Origin: Methanosphaera stadtmanae DSM 3091
Lineage (GTDB): Archaea > Methanobacteriota > Methanobacteria > Methanobacteriales > Methanobacteriaceae
Assembly: GCF_000012545.1 (NCBI RefSeq)
Contig: NC_007681.1
Coordinates: 1,380,001-1,412,000 of the forward strand
DNA length: 32,000 bases
Reading direction: 5' to 3'
Positions within the stretch are counted from its first letter, which is position 1; every line of letters starts with the position of its first letter. Made by a program: the position numbers and the translations under genes. This document shows positions 8,911-16,492 of this stretch, in pieces. The notes beneath the pieces were generated by a model that saw only the letters and a list, made by a program, of their open reading frames with translations, did no database searches and was not told where the DNA came from.

Positions 8911-9672
8911 TCATTTATTTCTTCTGATATTTGTTTTAAGTGTATTTAAACCACCACCCATAATATATTCCATATTAATTATAATTTCATCATCAACATC
9001 AACATCCATACAATCTACTGGTACTATAATTGGTGGATTTAACATTGGTGTTGGTTCTAAAATAATATTATCTGTTAAAATAGTATATGTTGTTATTTTT
9101 AATGCATTTATCTTTCCAGCTTTCATAATATTTATAGAAATTTCTACATTAACTTTTTCACATATTACATCTTGAAATGATATAGAATGATATTTAATTT
9201 CATCAGATAATGATATGTACTCTGGAATATTATCTTCATAATATGTTATATGATTAATATTTGTTGAAATTATCTCTACAGTTGAATATACTGATTTAGG
9301 TATGAAAACTGTATCTTCCTTTATGTATTTATGAGCATTATTTATTACTGGAACTTGTTCTTCATCAATTAAAGCTGTATCTAACATTTCACATATGATT
9401 GTATCGGCCTTTTCTGGAAATTCATACCTACTTGCATCTGTTTTTATTAATTCAATATTATCATACTTTGACAAATTCTTTTTAGTACTTTTTATAATGA
9501 AAGGGTTTTGTTCTAAAGCATATACTTTTTTAGCATGATTTGCTGCTAATTGAGCTAATATTCCAGATCCTGTTCCTAAATCATATGTTATCCCACTTGT
9601 TTTTTCATAAATTGCCCTTTTAAATGAGTTTACTCTTTTTTTATCCTTTGTTAAATCATCATAATATGTCAT
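8911..9672 (-). CDS. Class I SAM-dependent methyltransferase, PRMT-like
   Basis: It has SAM motif I YDLGTGSGILAQLAA and post-I YALEQNP. The N-terminal YYDDLTKDKKRVNSFKRAIYE resembles the PRMT pre-motif. ICEMLDTALIDEE has two Glu residues 9 apart, like the PRMT double-E loop. Confidence 0.8.
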   Translation of the reverse strand: MTYYDDLTKDKKRVNSFKRAIYEKTSGITYDLGTGSGILAQLAANHAKKVYALEQNPFIIKSTKKNLSKYDNIELIKTDASRYEFPEKADTIICEMLDTALIDEEQVPVINNAHKYIKEDTVFIPKSVYSTVEIISTNINHITYYEDNIPEYISLSDEIKYHSISFQDVICEKVNVEISINIMKAGKINALKITTYTILTDNIILEPTPMLNPPIIVPVDCMDVDVDDEIIINMEYIMGGGLNTLKTNIRRNK

Positions 9673-10087
9673 TGTATAATTCTTTGTTAGAAGAATAATA
9701 AATTTTTAATTATATTAAATAATCCAACCATATTAATCATCTAACAAAAAATTCTTCTTTTTCTAGTAATTTTATATTTTTAAGAATAAAAATATACTCA
9801 GTTTATTATTATTCTTTTTATACTTATACTAAGCACATAAATAAACCTAATTCATATAATATCTATGGAGATTACTTAATAAAACAAAATAAGATAAATA
9901 GTTAATAAAATAAGATAAATAAAAAAAGTTTAAGAATAAAAATCCTATGAAAATTACCCTATTTACTACGATAAAGTATTTTTTCATGTAATAATTTTTT
10001 CTTAAGTGCTATCAAGTTATTTGAAATTAAATTCTATAATTAACCAAAGATATGTGTATTTTTTTATGTGGGTATAAATAACTTCAT

Positions 10088-10516
10088 CTAGTTTTCTTCA
10101 ATACTTACTTTTTCAAGTTCACCAGTACCTGCACTGGTTAATTTAACATGTTCAACTCCTTTTAGTCTCATGAGTTTTTCTGTTAATTCACGTATATATA
10201 TAACGTCACCTTTTACAATAATAACTTCTAAACAATATTTATCACTCATGTGTATATGTAGACTAGCATCAATTTCATCACGATAATCATGTTGAATATC
10301 AGTCATAGATTCCATTACTCCAACGTAGTGATGATCATAGATAACAGCTATAACGCCTACACGTTCACCTTCCATATCATTCATCCATTGATATCGAAGA
10401 ATATAATCCTTTAATGCATCACGTATACCTTTAGAACGGGATTGATATCCTCGATCACGTAACACATCATCAAATTCATTTAAAAGCTTATTTGGTAACG
10501 ACATACTTATTCGCAT
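10088..10516 (-). CDS. nikR: Nickel-responsive transcriptional regulator NikR (ribbon-helix-helix + ACT-like Ni-binding domain)
   Basis: MRISMSLPNKLLNEFDDVLRDRGYQSRSKGIRDALKDYI is the NikR RHH N-terminus. The C-terminal domain has H-rich ligand positions (YDHHY, HIHM..C). I prefer ATG 10516, which has GGAGAG 6 nt upstream, over the ORF-track start at 10552. Confidence 0.9.
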   Translation of the reverse strand: MRISMSLPNKLLNEFDDVLRDRGYQSRSKGIRDALKDYILRYQWMNDMEGERVGVIAVIYDHHYVGVMESMTDIQHDYRDEIDASLHIHMSDKYCLEVIIVKGDVIYIRELTEKLMRLKGVEHVKLTSAGTGELEKVSIEEN

Positions 10517-10780
10517 AAATATCTCTCCAAATAACTTGGTTATAATATGCATATAAATTCATATTAATAAATATATTTATGTTTTTATTATTAATAAAAA
10601 TATGCTTAAAAAAAATAATTCCCATCTAAAATATAATAAACTAAAGTCTAAATAAAACAATAATATAATTTATACATATTAAAAAAAAAGAATAAAGAAA
10701 CTATAATTAGAATACAAACCCAATATAATAAATATTCAAGGAAAAAAAATTCATAGATTAGAAAAATAAGTATTTTCAAT

Positions 10781-11188
10781 GTGATTAAAATGATTGTAAA
10801 AGAAGTTATGAATAAAAATATTTATTATATTGGCCCTGATGAAAGTGTTAGATTTGCTCTTAAAGAATTATATTCATTAGGTGTTCACAGACTCTTTGTT
10901 TTTGATGATAATGACTGTCCAATAGGTGTTATATCCTATGAAGATATCATATTATTAGAAGGGTCTGAAGATACAATGATTGACCTAGATATGGTAAAAG
11001 TCAGTGATTTAATGACAGAACATATTACTACAATCAACGCTAATGCTAAAATTCAAGATGCAGCAAATCTTATATTAAGAGCTGAAGTATCAGGATTACT
11101 TGTTGTTGAAAATGATAAGAATGTAGGTGTTTTAACAAAAACTGATATCTGTAGATTAGTTTCTTTTTCAGATGTTATTCCAAAATAA
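10781..11188 (+). CDS. CBS-domain pair protein
   Basis: 135 aa with two CBS repeats (VKEVMNKNIYYIGPDESV...GVISYEDI and VSDLMTEHITTINANAKI...GVLTKTDI). The start is GTG 10781 or ATG 10790. Confidence 0.8.
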   Translation: MIKMIVKEVMNKNIYYIGPDESVRFALKELYSLGVHRLFVFDDNDCPIGVISYEDIILLEGSEDTMIDLDMVKVSDLMTEHITTINANAKIQDAANLILRAEVSGLLVVENDKNVGVLTKTDICRLVSFSDVIPK

Positions 11189-11300
11189 TATTTTTTCCCA
11201 AATATTTTTTTAATTAAAAAAAATAACAAACCAAAACCTTTAAATATAACATGTTATAAAACTACTATATAGATGCTAAAGTGCATCTGTTTATTTGTAT

Positions 11301-11374
11301 GCAGCGATAGTCCAGGCTGGCTAAGACTCTACCCTGCCACGGTAGTGACCCGGGTTCAAATCCCGGTCGTTGCA
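11301..11374 (+). tRNA. tRNA-Gly (anticodon GCC)
   Basis: Hand-folded. Acceptor GCAGCGA/TCGTTGC with one G-U pair, anticodon stem CTACC/GGTAG, loop CTGCCAC (GCC), T-arm CCGGG-TTCAAAT-CCCGG, discriminator A. No CCA is encoded. Confidence 0.9.
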
Positions 11375-11384
11375 TCTTTCATAT

Positions 11385-11460
<76 letters not shown>

Positions 11461-11521
11461 ATACTTTTAAAAACTATTTCTAAAAAATTTATTTAAAAAA
11501 AATAACGTATTTTTAATATAT

Positions 11522-11597
<76 letters not shown>

Positions 11598-11738
11598 ATG
11601 ATTTTAACAAATATTTCTACTAATTCTAAAAACAAATCAAAAAAATAATTAAATCTTATTTTATAAAACAAACTTTTAATTAAAACAGCATACTATAATA
11701 TATACATACAAAAAAAAATTTTAATGAAAAAAGAATAG

Positions 11739-12413
11739 ATGATTAAATTGATGGGTATAATTGTAGGTGCTGGACGTATAGGTTATAATTTAGCAAGAAA
11801 TATGGCTGAAAAACATGATATAACACTTATTGATAAAGATAAGGAACTATGTGAAAAAACAAATTATCTACTTGATTGTTATGTTATTCATGGAACTGGT
11901 ACAAATACTAAAATTCTTGAAGATGCTGATATAGCAAAAGCAGACTTTTTTGTTGCAACAACAGGAAATGATGAAGTAAATCTTTTATCATCAGTATATG
12001 CTAAAGAACATGGTGTTAATATAATTATATCAAGATTAAATAACACAGAACATGCTGAAATATTCACTAAATTTAATATACCCTTTATTAATCCTGAAAC
12101 TAGTGCTATGAGACTTATTGCAAGAAGTATTGTACGACCAACTGCACAATCACTAGTATCATTAGGACAAGGAAATGCTGAAATTTTAGAATTAAAAGTT
12201 AAAAATAAAGATCTTGCATTCATACCCATCTCTGAAATTGAAAATAACACAGATAAATTTATCATAGTTATGGTGTATACAGATAATGAAACTATTATTC
12301 CAACCAAAGAAACAATGCTTGGATATGATGATAGTGTAGCAGTACTTGTAAAAACTGAATATGTAAATGAAATACAAGACTTATTTACTAAAAATACATC
12401 AGAACTTGAATAA
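11739..12413 (+). CDS. trkA: RCK/KTN-domain protein (TrkA-N NAD-binding + TrkA-C)
   Basis: It has the GxGxxG motif IVGAGRIGYNLA and a TrkA-N-like core (DADIAKADFFVATTGNDEVNLL). The C-terminal TrkA-C-like segment reads GNAEILELKV...DDSVAVLV. No membrane K+ translocator gene is adjacent. Confidence 0.8.
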   Translation: MIKLMGIIVGAGRIGYNLARNMAEKHDITLIDKDKELCEKTNYLLDCYVIHGTGTNTKILEDADIAKADFFVATTGNDEVNLLSSVYAKEHGVNIIISRLNNTEHAEIFTKFNIPFINPETSAMRLIARSIVRPTAQSLVSLGQGNAEILELKVKNKDLAFIPISEIENNTDKFIIVMVYTDNETIIPTKETMLGYDDSVAVLVKTEYVNEIQDLFTKNTSELE

Positions 12414-12436
12414 TATAACTATATTGGGGTTTGAAA

Positions 12437-13555
12437 ATGATTAATCCTAAAATAATTACATTATCTAACTTCTTAAGAAAAGAAGGAATGATTGTAAGTA
12501 TACGCAGTACAATAACAGCAGCAAATATTTGGGAGAAATATCATGAAACATTTAATGATGAAGAAATTAAAGAATCATTAAAATGTATTTATGTTAAAAA
12601 TAGGGAAGATATACATAAATTTGATCTTATATACAACAGATTATTTTCGAAAAAAATAGAAAGAAAAACAAAAAGACAAAAACAAGAACCTAGACAAAAA
12701 TATGACAATACTTCCAATAATGAAATTAAAAGTCAAAAAAGTAATCCAAATACAGAATATCTTGAAAACCAAGAATTAATTGAAAATAGAAAACAAAAAA
12801 AAGTAATTAATGATAAATTAATGAAGGAGAGTATAGTACTTTTAGATAATAATGATAGACGAGTATTTGATATATGTCAAAGACTAAGTAAAAAAATAGC
12901 TAACCAGCGTTCTAAACGTAAAAAACGTTCTCATTCACACAATATAAATATGCCAAATACTATCAGATATAATCTTAAAAATGGTGGACATTTAGTAAAA
13001 TTAATTCATCAAAAACCACCTAAAAAAAAGACAAAACAAATATTTCTCTGTGATATTAGTGGTTCATGTGAATGGGTAAGTACATGGTTTTTTGCAATAT
13101 TATATGGTTGTTATAAAACATTTGATAAAATAACAGTTTATGATTTTGATAATAAAATCATTGATGTGACAGATTCATTAACCTCAGAATATGAAAATAC
13201 CTATCAAATAAATTTTGCACATCAACGATTAGGCATTAGACCCTTTGGACAATCAGATATGACCACATCATTTAAACAATTTCGAGATGAGGCAACACTA
13301 AACAACCATACAGATGTAATAATATTAACAGATTGTAGAGATTGGACAGGTAAACGTGAAAATGGAGTTCTTGAAAGTGCAACAATACTTCATGAAATTG
13401 TTCAAAAATCACGTAAAGTTATTATATTAAATCCAGAGAAGAAAATCAGATGGAAAACAAGAACCAGTTGTGTATCTGACTATGAACAAGCAGGTGCTAT
13501 AATCTATGAAACAGGTACTTTAGATCAGTTTGCTAGAGTTATAAGTGCATTATAA
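12437..13555 (+). CDS. VWA-domain protein, CoxE-like, paralogue 1
   Basis: It has a CoxE-type N-terminus (LSNFLRKEGMIVSIRSTITA) and a basic linker (RSKRKKRSHS..IRYNLKNGGHL). The MIDAS-like motif is FLCDISGSCEW, followed by ILTDCRDW. I prefer ATG 12437, which has GGGGT 7 nt upstream, over TTG 12431. Confidence 0.8.
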   Translation: MINPKIITLSNFLRKEGMIVSIRSTITAANIWEKYHETFNDEEIKESLKCIYVKNREDIHKFDLIYNRLFSKKIERKTKRQKQEPRQKYDNTSNNEIKSQKSNPNTEYLENQELIENRKQKKVINDKLMKESIVLLDNNDRRVFDICQRLSKKIANQRSKRKKRSHSHNINMPNTIRYNLKNGGHLVKLIHQKPPKKKTKQIFLCDISGSCEWVSTWFFAILYGCYKTFDKITVYDFDNKIIDVTDSLTSEYENTYQINFAHQRLGIRPFGQSDMTTSFKQFRDEATLNNHTDVIILTDCRDWTGKRENGVLESATILHEIVQKSRKVIILNPEKKIRWKTRTSCVSDYEQAGAIIYETGTLDQFARVISAL

Positions 13556-13575
13556 TACTTAAAAAAATATAAAAG

Positions 13576-14694
13576 ATGAATATGATTAACAATAAAATTC
13601 TAACATTGAGTCAATTTCTAAGATTTGAGGGAATAAATGTCAGTATTAGAAGTACAATTAGGGCTTCAAATATATGGGATAACTTTCATAACAAATTTAA
13701 TTCAGAAGAATTAAAAGATGCTCTGAGAAGTGTTTATGTTAAAAATAAGGAAGATATTCCCAGATTTGAACGCTCTTATGATTATGTTTTTATATATAAT
13801 AAATCTATTGAAAATAATCCCCTCAAACAAGATCATGTTGAAATAAATACTACAAACCATAAAACTAATCAAAAACAAAAAAAAGTAGAAAAGGATACTA
13901 CTCGAGAAACAATAATTAAAAGACGTTTAAAACAGAAAAAAATTGTGGATGAAAGCATTTTAGATGAGGAATTTGTTAGATTAGATACTATCGATTATAG
14001 AGTTTATGATATATGTAGAGATTTTAGTAAAAAAGTAGCTAATCATAGATCTATACGAAAAAAAAGTAAAAAATCCAGAAGTGTAAATATTCCTAAAACA
14101 ATTAGGAAAAATCTTAAAAATGGTGGACATTTAATAAATCTTATTCATCAAACTCCTCCAATGCATAAATCAAAACATATATTTCTCTGTGATATTAGTG
14201 GTTCATGTGAATGGGCAACAACATGGTTTTTTGCAATGCTTACTGGATGTCATGATTCATTTGATAAATTAACATTATATAATTTTGATAATAGAGTAAT
14301 TGATGTAACACATGCACTTGATTCTACTTTTAAAAATTCATATCAAATAAATGTAGGTTTACAATCATTAGGTCTTAGACCTAGAGGTCATTCAGATATG
14401 ACTAAATCATTTAATCAGTTTTTAAAAGAATCTGAATTAAATAAACATACTGATGTTATATTACTTACAGATTGTAGAGATTGGACAGGTAAACGAACTA
14501 ATGGTGTCCTTGAGAGTGCTAAGGTTTTACATAAAATAATTATTAAATCTAGAAATGTTATTATTTTAAATCCCGAGAATAAGTATAGGTGGAACACTCC
14601 CACAAGTTGTGTTAGGGATTATCAGGAAGTTGGTGCAAAAGTTTATGAAACAAGCACCCTTAAACAGTTTGCTAAGGTAATTAAAGAAATATAA
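13576..14694 (+). CDS. VWA-domain protein, CoxE-like, paralogue 2
   Basis: Collinear with paralogue 1 over its full length, roughly half to 60% identical by eye. It has the same FLCDISGSCEW and LLTDCRDWTGKR motifs and starts 20 nt after paralogue 1. Confidence 0.8.
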   Translation: MNMINNKILTLSQFLRFEGINVSIRSTIRASNIWDNFHNKFNSEELKDALRSVYVKNKEDIPRFERSYDYVFIYNKSIENNPLKQDHVEINTTNHKTNQKQKKVEKDTTRETIIKRRLKQKKIVDESILDEEFVRLDTIDYRVYDICRDFSKKVANHRSIRKKSKKSRSVNIPKTIRKNLKNGGHLINLIHQTPPMHKSKHIFLCDISGSCEWATTWFFAMLTGCHDSFDKLTLYNFDNRVIDVTHALDSTFKNSYQINVGLQSLGLRPRGHSDMTKSFNQFLKESELNKHTDVILLTDCRDWTGKRTNGVLESAKVLHKIIIKSRNVIILNPENKYRWNTPTSCVRDYQEVGAKVYETSTLKQFAKVIKEI

Positions 14695-14695
14695 A

Positions 14696-14711
14696 AAGGG
14701 ATTAATCCCTT
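14696..14711. terminator. Perfect 16-nt palindrome AAGGGATTAATCCCTT bridging two convergent gene ends (candidate bidirectional terminator hairpin)
   Basis: It lies between the stop of VWA paralogue 2 (14692..14694) and overlaps the stop of cobQ (14702..14704). It is the only G/C-containing palindrome in this junction. Confidence 0.35.
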
Positions 14712-16210
14712 AATAAATCTTTAAAAAAGGACATATCTACATTATTTGCAAATAAATCTCCAAGTTGATCATAGTTTACTCTTTTTGATTCTTTAAAGTC
14801 ATCTTTTGTTAGGCCTAATGGTTTTAATCCCTTGTTTATACGTAGCTGATCTGTGAATTTTCTTCTAAATTCAAAGTTATGGAATATTCCATGGAAGTAT
14901 GTTCCACACACATTACCATTTATTGCTCCATCATAGAGACCTGATTCATCATTACCTTGTCCTTTTTTTATTTTAATTAATGGTTCTACATCACCAAGTA
15001 TTGTTATACCTTCATGTAATTCATAACCTGTTACTTTAGTATCTTTTTCAAATCCAAGTGAACTATCTTTTATTATTGTACCTTCACTTTGTTGAACAAC
15101 TTTTTCTATTTGTCCAAATTCAGTAGTCATATCAAGTAGTCCTAATCCTTCTACAGATCCATACTTTGATTCAGAACATGACTCATCTATTATGTTATTA
15201 GACAACATTTGATATCCACCACAGATTCCAAATATTGGTATTTCTTTTGAGATTTTTTTAATTTTATCAAATGCTCCTGATTTTTTAAGTTCTACTAAGT
15301 CATTTACAGTATTTCTTGTTCCAGGTATTATTAATGCATCTAAGTCTTCAAGGTCATCATAAATACTTACTAATTTTATTCCAATATCCTCTTCATAGTC
15401 AAGTGGATCTATATCTGTGAAGTTAGAAATTCTTGGTAGACGTAGCGTTCCAATTGTTATTTTTTCATTTTCACTAAAATGATGTGTTGATAAGGAAGCT
15501 GAATCCTCTTCTGGTAAATTTAATGTCTCATCATATGGTATTATTCCAATAACTGGAATATTTGTTAGTTCTTCTATTTTTTCAATACCTGGTTTTAGTA
15601 CATCAGCATTTCCTCTAAATTTATTGATAATAACTGCTTTTATACGTTTTCTATCTTCTTCAGGTATTAAAAAATATGTTCCAACTATTGATGCGAATAC
15701 TCCACCTTGATCTATATCTGCTACTAATATTACATCTGCATCAGTCATCCGGGCTATTAACATGTTTGCCAAGTCTTTATCATACATGTTAATTTCTGCA
15801 GGTGATCCTGCCCCTTCTATAACTGTTATATCATAATCTTCTTTAAGATATTCTAAAGATTCTTCAATTGCTTTAATTGCTTGTGTTCTGAAGTTATTTT
15901 GATAATCATCAAATCTCATATTTCCTGCAGGTTTTCCTTGAACAATCACTTGCGAAGTAAAATCTTCTTTTGGTTTAAGTAATATTGGGTTCATATTACA
16001 GTTTGGTTCTATTCCTGCTGCTTCTGATTGCATAACTTGTGCTATAGACATTTCATCATTATCAACTGTAGTATATGAATTTAAGGACATGTTTTGTGAT
16101 TTAAATGGTGTTACTCTATATCCTTTTCTTGATAATAAATTACATAATGCTGCTACAGTTAATGTTTTTCCAGCATTTGATGATGTACCTTGAAACATTA
16201 TATATTTCAT
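14702..16210 (-). CDS. cobQ: Cobyric acid synthase CobQ/CbiP
   Basis: 502 aa. It has the N-terminal dethiobiotin-synthase-like P-loop FQGTSSNAGKT. The C-terminal GATase-3 domain has the nucleophile GICGGYQML and a YFHGIF His. Confidence 0.9.
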   Translation of the reverse strand: MKYIMFQGTSSNAGKTLTVAALCNLLSRKGYRVTPFKSQNMSLNSYTTVDNDEMSIAQVMQSEAAGIEPNCNMNPILLKPKEDFTSQVIVQGKPAGNMRFDDYQNNFRTQAIKAIEESLEYLKEDYDITVIEGAGSPAEINMYDKDLANMLIARMTDADVILVADIDQGGVFASIVGTYFLIPEEDRKRIKAVIINKFRGNADVLKPGIEKIEELTNIPVIGIIPYDETLNLPEEDSASLSTHHFSENEKITIGTLRLPRISNFTDIDPLDYEEDIGIKLVSIYDDLEDLDALIIPGTRNTVNDLVELKKSGAFDKIKKISKEIPIFGICGGYQMLSNNIIDESCSESKYGSVEGLGLLDMTTEFGQIEKVVQQSEGTIIKDSSLGFEKDTKVTGYELHEGITILGDVEPLIKIKKGQGNDESGLYDGAINGNVCGTYFHGIFHNFEFRRKFTDQLRINKGLKPLGLTKDDFKESKRVNYDQLGDLFANNVDMSFFKDLLRD

Positions 16211-16492
16211 TAATTTATCCCACCATATATTTTGTTAAATTTGATAGTTTTATATTTGTATTAGTTAAAATTTAATACTATTGAAAAAATAATAGATACA
16301 CGACATTATAATTGTAATATTTTCTAAAAAATAAAAGCACTATATATTATATTGAGAAATAGTAGGTTTTAAATACCTGCGGTTACTTAAATTTATTATG
16401 AACTTTAAATATATAATAAATATAGAAAAATATTAAAAAAAAGTATTAGGATAACAATTAAAAATATAACATAATTAAAAGGAGGGTTAAAT

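Noticed and set aside
9876-9921. Tandem 20-25-nt repeat considered as a mini CRISPR or other repeat array
   Set aside because: It has only two imperfect, contiguous units with no spacers and no cas genes. A simple AT-rich slippage duplication is more likely.
11888-12307. 139-aa minus-strand ORF inside the trkA-like gene, along with 12192..12377
   Set aside because: These are antisense to a gene with clear RCK motifs, and I recognise nothing in them.
14702-16210. cobQ as the missing GatD-like glutaminase partner of the MurT-like ligase
   Set aside because: This is a full-length two-domain CobQ (N-terminal ATPase domain plus GATase). It lies 12 kb away in an unrelated context and is best explained by cobamide synthesis.
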